DNA of 64,000 nt from Tubulanus polymorphus. Its lineage: Eukaryota > Animalia > Nemertea. The notes beneath the pieces were generated by a model. That model saw nothing but the letters and a program-made list of their open reading frames with translations, did no database searches and was not told the DNA's origin. Location of the stretch: NCBI RefSeq assembly GCF_964204645.1, contig NC_134031.1, forward strand, positions 13,565,807 to 13,629,806. The letters are read 5' to 3'. Both the position numbers and the translations under genes were made by a program. Positions 28,701-40,062 of this stretch are shown here, in pieces. Position 1 is the stretch's first letter; each line of letters begins with the position of its first letter.

Positions 28701-28941
28701 CCTAATAAACGCAGGTCTTGCCGGCGAGTCTGTTCATAGAATTTACCGCAGTGTTCCGGCTAAACTTCGTAAAAAAGACGACAGAAATGTTCATCGTGTC
28801 AACGATAGGTCACCGATAATACTTCGAATCGATAAATTTACAAACGAAAATGGAAATATTGCAGACGTCGTGCATCAGAACCGATTAGACGATGATTTCA
28901 AATTGCTCATTAATGCCAAAACGGAATGTTCTAGGCTCTGA
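4787..28941 (+). CDS. GABA-B receptor-like class C GPCR, 3' part. Exons approx 4787-4972, 18193-18336, 19358-19450, 19630-19693, 19815-20046, 20290-20422, 21287-21400, 21489-21611, 24252-24421, 24786-24945, 27855-27911, 28090-28218, 28570-28941
   Basis: AG/GT-bounded exons join in frame. Venus-flytrap motifs YGRDYQWLVPGW, AYDAVWAVALALNKT, F.GVSG.IGFD..GDR; 7TM motifs IKLSSPRLNNVI, FGALFAKTWRVH, GCFLAFETRKV..GLNDSKYIG..VYNV, LLFIPK; coiled-coil tail. The 5' exons were not found in the window; the last three exons are less certain. Confidence 0.88.
5632..5672 (-). ncRNA. Minimal hammerhead ribozyme in Penelope pLTR
   Basis: Minus strand CAC-CTGACGA-A-GCT..AGC-GAAAGCTC-GTG. Confidence 0.75.
7463..8182 (-). 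CDS. Additional ORF downstream of Gypsy integrase, SGNH/GDSL hydrolase-like C-terminal half
   Basis: VLLLPDSMFKNL (block I-like), SHPG, VVFNHRMN (block III-like). Confidence 0.45.
   Translation of the reverse strand: MEAVELDRVKCCSAVIEKKRAFSRAVCDFLRRPDTAPPSDSHELVEAAEDELLNPASLVTGAVVMGIKTALSKSLPRLTWPKFDMVATMLKSLVHKVGGDPEDLNRKLKKIESRAIRTRPPVLLLPDSMFKNLRADSLVTPISHPGERVSGLLDYLKGVQVNCSAVVFNHRMNHTREFGRHTTMDLQELRSLLRKRYPKAPLYHLEVPVSKGTQVLCGASPELTAKRKRLASLRYHNRS
13825..13835 (-). promoter_or_regulatory. Primer-binding site TGGTGGCAGCG (tRNA-Leu-like)
   Basis: Lies 2 nt from the LTR end (..ACA on minus strand) and upstream of gag. Confidence 0.7.
17354..17394 (+). ncRNA. Hammerhead ribozyme copy with mutated core (GATA instead of GAAA)
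   Basis: CAC-CTGATGA-AGCT..AGC-GATAGCTC-GTG. Confidence 0.65.
20453..20936. mobile_element. Tc1/mariner-pogo type MITE
   Basis: TA|CAGTAGAACCTCGTT ... AACGAGGTTCCACTG|TA. Confidence 0.85.
21638..24073. mobile_element. Non-autonomous Kolobok-like DNA transposon
   Basis: TTAA|AGGGCAAGTGCCATCAAA ... TTTGATGGCATTTGCTCT|TTAA. Confidence 0.75.
21789..23565. mobile_element. Long-TIR (about 480 bp) foldback element nested in the Kolobok
   Basis: 21789-22270 is an inverted near-copy of about 23080-23565; termini AAGAAGTTTCCAGTTTCTAGG. Confidence 0.8.
25235..25865. repeat. 38-bp minisatellite (about 25430-25770) flanked by inverted CCGACATACC repeats
   Basis: Direct inspection. Confidence 0.8.
26680..27402. 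repeat. 36-bp GTCGAC-rich array, central about 47-bp array, then inverted 36-bp array
   Basis: Direct inspection. Confidence 0.85.
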
Positions 28942-30327
28942 TTCTAAATCATGTTTCAAAGTTTCAAACAATGGCTACGAACACAGTAGCTCAGTGAGAT
29001 AAGGCTTGGGAGTCTGTTGCATCTACTATATCAGTGCCTAGTGACAAGTGGGTTCATGTCCTGCTAGCTGCTTACAGTGTGCGGGCAGCACTTCAAAGGC
29101 CGCCCCGCTGGAATAACCCAATAGGGCTAGTCTTGGGAAGATCCAAGCGACGTAAAACAAACAAACAGACACAAAACATCCATGTGCGTGCTAGACTGGA
29201 CGAACTGTATATGCAGTTTTGGACTGCGTTTCAATCTTCTATCCTCGGGTAAACATCCAAGTCTACCAACCCCCCCCCCCCCAGAAAAATAAATTTCAAG
29301 TATAGTTAATGAAAAATCAATCATGATGCTTCGATTAACACATTTTCTGAGATACCATGTATAAAACGTATTTGCGCGGTAAAATCAGTTTTTGCGAGCT
29401 AATAATTAGAATTTCCAAAACATTTTTATATGCGTTTTTAACAATTAGTGGTGATTTCGGCAAATAATAGCTGCCAGTCGGCTATCTTGATTCCGACCGG
29501 GTTGGTTTTTGGGCTGCAGATATAGGCTGCAGTGTATAGGGTAAATACATACATGTGTATGTAAAAACCAAATATCAAGAAAATAGCTTGGCATCGTCAG
29601 TGCTTTCCAATATACAGTTTACTCCGCGTTATCTGCCACTATCAGGACCGCTGGAATTTTGGCGAATAAAACGGGGGTGGCGGATTTAAGTGAATTTAGA
29701 AAATGTTCATTTACTTCAAGACACCTGAAACTAACTAAAAACGTATTGATTGTGTTATATTAAGCTGTCAAACACATGGACTGTTTTATGGAACTCTGCC
29801 TTTTGTAAAAAGTAGTGAGAATTTTGTTCTAACATTTGTAATTCACCAATTCTACTCTGAGAAGAGTTGAATACTCTTGTTTAGTTGCTGTAGTCAAGAT
29901 GTTCACATGGGGGATGTGTAAAAGAACAACATGTGGAGGTGATTTACGAACAAACAGTGTGTAATATACGTAGACCAATATGTAGCACAATATTGTTGCC
30001 GATAAGCTAATTTGTACTTAGCAACTTCATGTTAAATAGTTTTGATGGTGTATAATTGAACAAAGATGAACTATGATTATAAGATTTGTTCAGAAGAATG
30101 TGTGACGGATGGCGGATATGGCATTTGGCGGAAAAGCGGAAACTAAAAGCACTAATTAAATCGGGACCAAGCTTTGGCGCTAGCTGGGAGTGGTGGATAA
30201 ATGGGGCGGATGACCGGGAGTCGACTTTAACTGGATTCTGTCTAGACGAATGAACAACTAGGACAGAAAAGTGAATGCAATAGGCAGCTGGGACTTAAGT
30301 CTCTAGTGGGCTCATAACTTGAAGTAA

Positions 30328-31067
30328 TGTTGGAATTTATGAATGAAGTTGAATTTGTGTTTCCTTTACCGGTGTTGTTAAAAGTTGTGTATTAGCACTG
30401 TTGGATTTGTATACAGTAATTTCCTTAAATCCTTCGCGTTTCGCTTCACGTAGAATTTAGATTTAGTAAACCATGAACTTCTATCTGTATAAATTTTCTG
30501 GGCATTTTGTAAATGCACAGTTCCATTCTGTCATTTGTATTAGACGTATGCCAGCACTACGCTATGGCTGGAAATGGCAAGGAAGTTATCAAATTATAAT
30601 TTTCCGCTAATTTTATTGTATTGTTGCTATTTAGTTGTTTTTTGTATTGTAGCAAACCGGTACTCGTTATTTTGTAGTCGTAAATAAAATCCGAGTTGAA
30701 GTTATCCCGTCGTCGTCGTTTAGTCGTAGATCGTAGTTGCTTACATAAAGTTTGAATTGCTTATCGTAGCAATTATTGTACGTTTAGTACGAGTTACACG
30801 ATGTCGGTCGTCGACGAGAAATCGAAAGATACGAGATCCAGTTTAGCCGGTTGGTTATCACGTGCGATAGATAATGCCGCTACAATTACCTGTTTATCGG
30901 CCGTCGAACCCGCTAATTTGCGTGTTACTGGCAGGAGTTCCCTTCAAACTGCACACAATCGTTATGTAACATATTTGGAGGATGATCATGAAATCGAAAA
31001 TGCCGAAGATTGGTTTGAGGGTTATAACGAACGAGCAATGAATGCCCTCATGCAATTAGAAACCGTT
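30328..31067 (+). mobile_element. BEL/Pao-like LTR (about 30328-30745) and start of gag (30801-), truncated at the Polinton-like element
   Basis: TGT...AATAAA...ACA bounded segment; ORF resembling BEL gag N-terminus (LQTAHNRYV..LEDD.EIE.AEDWF). Confidence 0.5.
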
Positions 31068-31327
31068 AGTAATAGGAAATATGGGGGTTCATACCAAAGT
31101 TCGAAGGGTCGAGCTCATAAAAAATAAGAATAAATTCTCACACGCTCGAATTTATTTTTATTTTTTACACACTCACCCCTTCAACCTTTGATATGAACCC
31201 CCATATTCCCTATTACTCTAATAATTCCATATATATGAATATCATATAAATGAATAACATATATAAATGAATATTTTATACATGAATAACTTCTCAAATC
31301 AATTTTAATAAAAAATTTGATATTAAA

Positions 31328-34300
31328 ATGGAAGCAAATAAGAAGTACTACTGTCCAACATGTAAAATCAATATAGATAAATCTCAATAAGCAAGACATA
31401 ATAAAAGTAAAACACACTTAGAGAATAAATTAAAGTTAGAATATAAAGATGATATATTAGAAACTAAATTAAATGAATTAAAGAATGAAAAAGAAATATA
31501 CAAATGTGATACATGTTATCAATCATTCAGTAACAAAAGATATTATAAAGAACATTTAAAATCTAAGTCATATTAGAAATATTAATTATGATATTTTAGG
31601 TGAAGATTATTAGATGATAAATTAAATGAATGTTATAATGAAATGAAAAATAAGATAGAAGAGAAATATTTTGAAGGATCTGGTTTAATATTTGATGAAA
31701 TAATATTTATGACTTAACATGTTTAAAACACAAAATATAATAAGTTAACTAAATCGAAACCAATTGATGAAAATAATTTATCATATTATAAAGATGATAA
31801 TATAAATGGATCAAGTTATGTCAAATCACCATTTAAAACTAATGCTGTTATAAATGTACAAAATGTACAAGATGAAAAATGTTTTCTATGGACAATCATA
31901 AGTTGCTTACATCCAACAAAAGATATTACACATAGTTTTAGAGTATCAAATAATAAACAATTTGAAAATAATCATAAGATAGATAATTATCCAGTTAGAA
32001 TTGAAAATATTTCAAAAATAGAAAGAGATGATAATCTAAAAATAAATGTATTCGATTTAATTGAATAACCATATACAAAAGGTAATAATATTAAACATTA
32101 TACATTGGAACCTTTGTATTTATCAAAAGATTATGATTCAAACGGTGTGATAGATATATTATATTATGGAAATCATTATATGTGGATTAAACAAATCGAT
32201 TTATTTTTTTAGAACAGAAAATGATCACCATAAAATATATCTATGTAGAAAATGAATAACTAAATTCAGTAATGAAAGTGCATTATTAAATCATAAACAA
32301 TTATGTGAAAATCATGATGTGATTATTATAAAATGATTTTACCAAATGAAAAGGATAAGATATTAGAATTTAAAAAATATGATTACAAAAATAAAGTACC
32401 ATTTGTAATATACGGAAATTTTGAATCACTCAATAAAGAACTAACTGACCAAGATAGAAAACAAATATATTATAAAAGAAAGAAATTAAATTCTAATGAA
32501 AATGATTTTTCAGAAGAACCACCAAAAACAAATACTATTAAAAAGATTCATCAAAGTGCTGCAGCTTTTGGACTATATATTAAATCTGATTATCCAGAAC
32601 TAATTAAAAGTGAATATTATAATTATAGAAATGAAAATGTTATCAATCATTTTTGTGACTTATTAATTGAATATGAAATAAAATTTAATGAAAAGTTAAA
32701 TGAAAATAAAGAAATTATAATGACAGAACAAGATAAAGAAGAATTTGAGTTTTCAGATAAATGTTTTAATTGTGAAAAACTATTTAATTTTAAAGATAAA
32801 AAAGTTAGAGATCATGATCTTTTGAATGGTAAATTTAGAGGTGCAGCACATGATAATTGTAACTTACAAGCTAAGAAAATTAACTTTGTTCCAGTAATAT
32901 TTCATAATTTATCAGGGTATGATGCACATTTATTTATCAAACAGCTATGTCATAAAATAGAAGAAATTAATAACGAGTAGAAAGATTAAATTCAAATAGA
33001 TCAAAAGATAAAATACCAAGTTATAAATTTAAAATGTTAGCTAAAACATCTGAGAATTATATATCTTTCCAATTTGGGTGTCTAAGATTTATAGATTCAT
33101 ATAGATTTTTAAGGAGTTCATTAGATAATTTATCAAAAAGTTTAATCGATGATGAAATAAAAATATCAAAGCAACACTATCCAAATAATGATGATTTTCA
33201 ATTAATGAGATATAAAGGAGCAATTCCATATTCATTTCATGAAAATCATGATGATTTTAACATAACTGAATTATTAAAAGAACAGTTTTATGATGAATTA
33301 AGATCCGAATATGTTAAGGACGAAGTTTATAATAGAACATAGAATATTCGGAATCATTTCAAAATAAAAAATCATGTACAATTAGTAGATTTATATTTAA
33401 AATCGGACGTATTATTATTAACTGATATATTTGAAAGGTTTAGAGATGTAAATCTAAAATATTTTGATATCGATCCTTGCCACTGTTATTCTAGTCCAGG
33501 TTTAACTTGGGACTGTGGTTTAAAATTTACAGATATAGAAATGGATTTATAACAAATATAGATGAATTATTATTATTTGAAAAATCTATAAGAGGAGGAG
33601 TTTCAGGTGTATTAGGTGATAGGTATTTCAATGTAAATGATAACCCCGGATATAAGTTATTATATATAGATGCAAATGATCTATATGATTGGGCAATGAT
33701 GGAACCACAGCCTTATGGAGTATTTGAAATAACTGAAGTTTTACAGTATGAAAATAACGATAAATTTGATTGGAAGAAAAGAATTCTAGATATTGCAGAT
33801 GATTCAGATACTGGGTACTTCTTTGTTGTAGACTTAAAATATCCTGAAAACATTAAATTTAAATCTAGAAATCTAGCATACTGTCCCGAACATAAAACTG
33901 TAACACATGAAGAATTATCAAATTATCAAAAAAGAATTAAACCTGAAAATCATATTCATACAGAAAATTTAATGGTAACTCAGGAAGATAAATATAATTA
34001 TGTAGTACATTATCGGATGTTAAAATTCTATTTGAATCAAGGAATGATTCTAAAAAAGTACATAGATATATTTCATTCAGTCAATCTAAATGGTTAGAAA
34101 AATATATAGATTTTAATACCAAACAGAGAACTAAAGCTAAAACAGATTTTGAGAGAGATTTTTTCAGGCTAATGAATAATGCATTCTATGGTAAGACTTG
34201 TGAAAATATTAGAAATAGAAATGATATTGAGTTAGTTAGTAATGGTAAAAGGATAAAGCATTTACAAACATATCCTAAATTTATTGGTAACAGAATATTT

Positions 34301-34999
34301 GATGAAAATTTAGCTGCAGTTAAAATGAGAACATCAATAAAATTTAATAAACCAATTTATGTTGGAGCATCAGTTTTAGAAATATCAAAATAATTGATGT
34401 ACGAATTTTACTATAACGTATCACAACCTCATTTTGGAGAAAAGCATATAGAAATCTTATATTTTGATACAGATTCTTACATATTAAAGATAAAAACTGA
34501 TGATCTAACAAATGATTTAAAAACATCAAAACATCATTTCGACTTTAGTAATTATCCTAAAATTCATGAATTATATAATACTGAAAATAAAAAGTTGCCC
34601 GGTAAATTCAAAGATGAATTAGGTGGTGAAGAAATGATAGAGTTTATAGGTATTAGATCTAAAATGTATTCATATAAAACTAAAGAACATGAAGCTAAAA
34701 AATTGAAAGGAATTACCAAAAGCGCTGTAGAAAAAAATATTTATTTCAAAGATTACATCAGTTGTACATTTAATGAAGAAATTAGGAAACATAAGATGAA
34801 ATGTTTAAGATCTGAAGATCACGAGATGTTTATTGAAGAGATAGAAAAGGTTAGCCTAAACCCATTTGATGATAAAAGATATATATTAGATGATGGTATA
34901 GACACAGTCGCTTATGGTTGCAATTTAGATGAATACTTAAAATTCAAAAGAGAAGAAACAAAAGAGAATGAGATTATGAAAAGGATTCTAACATGTTAA
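31328..34999 (+). pseudogene. Protein-primed family B DNA polymerase, intein-free allele
   Basis: N-terminal C2H2 fingers, EndoVII-like VRDHD..GKFRGAAH..CNL, exonuclease FHNLSGYDAH and DSYRF, polymerase YIDAN.LY.WAM, MNNAFYGK, YFDTDS, PFDDKR; stops and frameshifts. Confidence 0.93.
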
Positions 35000-36492
35000 T
35001 CGGCTTTAATTCAATTTTAATAAAAATATGTATAAATATAGCTGCCAAGCAGCGATGACGGGTTTTCTGCAAAGCCATTCAGAAAGATCGGAATTGTAGT
35101 AAATTGAAATATCGATACATAGAATAAAATGCATTGACAGATTCGAACCTAATATGCTACCACTGTGTAAACGTCAAATATGATTCAGCTTTGAAACCTA
35201 ACATACGCGGACGTACAATCAACAAATATTAATCTATTTGACCAGGCATTTATTTTGGCATTCAAACATCATGATACTGTGATATCACCATCCTTAAAAA
35301 TGGATCTGTCCTATTAAGAACTCATCTCGCACCTGCTGAGTCGATAGATTGAGTGAATTTACAGATAAGAACGTATTATGATTTAGAATAGATTTAAGAA
35401 GTTAATGTTTTTATTGAAATATTTGAATAAATACATGTACATATATTGTAGTGTAGATTCAATCAATAAATTATGAATTGATCTGGTCTGGGTTTCCGGC
35501 TGATGTTGATTTTGGCTTTTATGGATTACAAATTCTATAGTGATAAACAATTGATACCTGCAACATGTGTGTAAATCAAACCTATTCCACTAGTTGCGTG
35601 TGTTTCCTAATTAACGGGAGAGTCACTCTTAGTTATTAGAAAAATAATGTTCATTTAGTTATAGAAATTCATTGCCTTTTTTAAAATTCTGTAATAATAT
35701 TTGTTCTTTCCTAATTTTTATTACTGTATGAACCAATGATATGCTTTGTAAATATGATATGAAATAAATTTGAATTTGAATTGAATTTGAACATGAGAAT
35801 CAGGCATAACTTGTGTTTTTTTTAACTTGTCTTTTGTTAACAGTTCCAGAGTTTCAATTACAATAATATTCGAATTGGAATAGTACATAGGACTAAATGA
35901 AATGAACCGTTTAGTTACTGCAAACCTATTCCAGTGTTATGACGATCGTGTTGAATCACTTTGCTTGAGTTGAAAGAATCAGATCTTCTATGGTGCAACA
36001 TCGGTCGAAGAGAGATATCTTGCTGTTGACTGTCCATCTAACTTCATGCGTTTGACATTGGAATCAGCATCATACTCATTTGAACTGCAAATTATTCATA
36101 CAACATGAAAAATCTACAGTACATGTATTCAGTAATCAAAATTTCACCGATGTTGGATATTTGAATGAACGTTAGGCTTATTTCAGTATTCTAAAGCAGG
36201 AAATAATAAGCCCAATCAATAGGCCATATTCCCATTGGAACAATTGTATAATGCATACAGCTGTACCGTACACTTATCAGTCAAGAATGGAGAAATCGGT
36301 ATACCAAACCTGCGAACAGCAAAATGTACAGGCCTACAATGATTTCGGGTATACAAGCCATGACCATATGAACGTTTTGGATCTAGGTTTGACTATTAAT
36401 GTCAGCAGGGGCGGAGAAGGCCTGGCAAAATTTAATCACATGGCTCAAATCAATTGGCCTTTCTGCGTGTGAATACTTCACCGTATTGTTTT

Positions 36493-37601
36493 AACTAGGG
36501 GTCCAGGGATACCATGCCCACTTGGGAAGTGGTTCCGAATGCTCAACAACCTAACAAATTCAATATTCAACGCCCCCTGGTGACCATATTCAAAACCCAC
36601 TGACCTTGAAACTCACCACAATCATAGAACATGTCACGAACTATAACTTTGTAATTGATCATGGTAACAAAATATGCCTAGGTACCAATATAATAAGGAA
36701 ATACTAAGTTATTCTACTATTCAACGCCCCCTGGTGACCATATAGAATAACTATTGGCCTTAAAAATTGCCACAATCATAGATCATGTCATGAGCTACAG
36801 CTTTGCAATTGATTGTGGTTACAAAATATGCATTGATACGAATATAATATAGAAATACTAAGATATTGTATTATTCAACGCCCCCTGGTGGCCATATACA
36901 AAAACCAATGACCTTCAAACTCACCACAATCATAAACCATGTCATGAGCTACAACTTTCCAATTGATTGTGGTAAGAAATTATGCTTAAATATCAACAAT
37001 ATAATGTGGAAAAACTTTTCCCACCTACGAATGAGTGCTTATGACACCAAGATGGCCGCCAATTGCGTCATAATTGGCTGATCAAAAATACCTGTCTCAG
37101 GTATAACACATCCCTTTTCAAAGAATACCCATTACAAATTACAATGAGAAATGGCGAACCAGTAGGGAGCTACAGCACTCCGAATACGGGCCAAAATTGA
37201 CATTTTTTGGCACTAAAAAGGTCATAGGACGGTCATCTTGAGTCCGATCGACCCAATTTTTGTTATGCTGATAGGCCCTGGGGGATTCACATAAATCCAA
37301 AAGATCAAGGTAATTGATCAAAGCGTCTTCAAAATTTCCCTCAAAAAGTTCAAAAATGTGTAAAAAGTGTTGATTTTGGCGAACAACAATGGCTGCCAGT
37401 CGGCCATCTTGATTCTGACAGGGCCATATTTTGGGCTGAAGATGTGTCTAGGGTAGATACATGTGTAACCCAAATATCAAGACATTACATTGAAGCGTCT
37501 TCAAAACTTCCCAAAATAACTGGATTCCGTCTACAGACGGACGGATGACGGACAAAAAGTGAACGCAATAGCCCGCTGGGACTAAAGTCCAAAGTGGGCT
37601 A
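36493..37601 (-). mobile_element. DINE-1/HINE-like element with about 153-bp internal tandem repeats
   Basis: subTIR GCCCACTTGGGA, terminal stem-loop, (GACG)n microsatellite; paralog at 40393-42088. Confidence 0.8.
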
Positions 37602-37950
37602 AAAATAGGCCTATCGAATGAATTAGTACATAGACTGAATTATACTTTAGGCTAGTCCTGACCAAATCCTATCCATGTTATAATGGCACCAGTTATTAGT
37701 AACATCACTGTAGGGCCGACGAGAGGGGGGAAAAAGTTGTGTTTGTAGCACATAGGCATGGTAGGCTTGTCGCACTCACTTAATACTTAAAACGCTGTTG
37801 TTACCTGTATGTGACTGTACGGTGATTACTACAGGTTAGCCATATGTAAGTACGTTGACGCTCAGACATGCAATATTGGGATTCGAAACCAAACGAAAAG
37901 AAAAATCCAGTAGTAGTCCAGTGATTTACCCACTGTGCCACAGAACGTAA

Positions 37951-38170
37951 GGCCAAACAAAAATGATACCTTGTTTCTCCGCAGCGGCCGGGTCATTTTT
38001 GTAAAATATGATAAAATTTATAAACAGTTCATTTCTATAGCGGCCGGGTCTATTATGGTAAAATTGATCACGATTTAAAAAAAAGTAATGTATAGGGTAG
38101 ATAGGCGGCCGGCCGGGTCAACATTTAAGCTCAGCAGAGCGGAGAAACAAGGTATCAATTTTTTTTTGCC
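37951..38170. mobile_element. PIF/Harbinger-type MITE
   Basis: TAA TSD; TIR GGC..AAAAATGATACCTTGTTTCTCCGC. Confidence 0.75.
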
Positions 38171-39692
38171 TAACTGCAGGTTACATGTAATTTGATTTAC
38201 AAATAGCCTAGCCTCACCTAACCCAATTATTCTATTCTTTCACGCACGCGTGTTTGCAGATTACAGGAACTCACGTACGGCGTTAGTCGGGAACTCACGT
38301 ACGGTTAACCTGTGGAGATCACCGTACAGTCACGTACAGGTAACAACTACGTATTTAAAATGCTATTGGGTACTATATAATGGGCCTATATAGACAAATA
38401 AATACCGGTGCGCGGTAGGCTTTCTTAGCTTCCACACTTCACAACCGAACCAACTGACCAACCAGTATATTTATTCCCAGTATGCACCAACCGGCACAGG
38501 CCTAACACTGTTTGTCAACTGTGTGTACCGTAGTAGGCTATCGATAATCACCTGATACTTTTCTGTCATTTGTTTTCTGAGCTCAGACCACTATTCCAAA
38601 ATCTTCTATATCCTATAGTAAAAACAAGAAATTCGAGAGTTTAGTTCATATATAAGCGCGTAAATTCAGGGGAAATCCTGCTTATGGCTCATAGGCCAGC
38701 ATCTTAGCTACGCATTGAAGTGGTTTTCGCCCCACATACCCAACCTAACTTTTGAAATAATCAAACCTTTAGAAAGGAGGGGTATCCCAGTACAGGTATG
38801 CCAGTACATCCGAGCCAAATATCTAAGGGAATCCCCCACCGTGTTTGGTACCCTTACTCCAAGCAAAAAAAGTCCAGGGAATCCCTTATTTCATCATCAA
38901 GCTGTCTCTCAGGATCAATGGATTTCATACATATAACCGAAATTCGTTACCTATCCCATTTGCAGAAATTATGGCAACATTTATAGGGGACCTCTTCTTC
39001 ACTCTAGGTACTATTTTTGGGGTCCGGCCCTACGCATCTTCGAGCTACTAACCTAATTGTGGTCTGATGCCTTCTCTCTGAGACGAACGTAATTCTAATA
39101 GCCCTCCGCGACTCAACGACCTTGATTTAAACTTGATCAATTCAAAATCTGTTTATTGACGCTTTTGGTTACATGAACTGATCAGCAATATACTTAAATG
39201 AAATAACCCGAATAACAACAAATCAAAAATATTAAAGAGGTAACCAACAAATGCCCGTAAACCTGTCAGACACGCGAACGCCGGACTCGTAAACTCTTGG
39301 ACTCGGACCCGCTGAGCAATAAATTCATAAAATTGACTTTGAAATTGATTGTGGAGTAGAGAGGGAATAATTCGATAGCTCTTCCTCATAAAGAAGAGAG
39401 AAATTTCGGAAAGAAAACACAACATGGCTACTAATTGAACGGAGCCAAATTTCCGATGTTTACGGCTCGACAGTGCCTTTATAACGTGAATTTATCAAAA
39501 TTCCTATGCAGTAGATTGATGGAGATTGAAGTGGGCTGAAGGATATCGTACGGATTGTATCGGCGACAGCGGTAAGGTAAGGAAGCCTTTACACTTTTAA
39601 CAAAAACTGTGTGGAAAAGGGTAAAAAAAAAATAATAATAATCACGCGAATTTCAATAAGGTTTTCTGTGAAGAAACAGAAAACCCTAATAA

Positions 39693-40004
39693 ATGGAGAG
39701 CAAACAAGTTCACAGTGAGAACAACAAATCATTCTTAAATAGAATTAAAGATACTACAAATGTCAAATCAGTAGATTATATATTTAAAAAATTGAATGAA
39801 TTAACAATTCATAAGAAATATTTAATTACAAATATTGAAACAATTACTAATAAATATGGAGATAAATTAGTTATTCACTTAGAATATGAAGGATTAAAAG
39901 GTAATAAATATAAATTCAGAACATATTTACGAGATAGATTTTATAGATTATCTAGTGAAGATCTAGAAGAATTATGTTCTGGTGATTTCTATTTCATAGA
40001 CTAA
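39693..40004 (+). CDS. Small viral protein of unknown function (103 aa)
   Basis: TAAATG start, viral codon bias. Confidence 0.6.
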   Translation: MESKQVHSENNKSFLNRIKDTTNVKSVDYIFKKLNELTIHKKYLITNIETITNKYGDKLVIHLEYEGLKGNKYKFRTYLRDRFYRLSSEDLEELCSGDFYFID

Positions 40005-40062
40005 GGTAAGTTTGAAAAAGGGCACCATGGCATAGATTTCGAATAAAAAAAATGCAAAGTAA

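Larger units (their letters stand above)
35034..39689 (-). mobile_element. HINE-type element inserted between pPolB and the next viral ORF
   Basis: Ends AAATATAGCTGCCAAGCAGCGATGACGGGTTTTCTG and GGTTTTCTG..CAGAAAACCCTAA (subTIR plus stem-loop). Confidence 0.7.
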
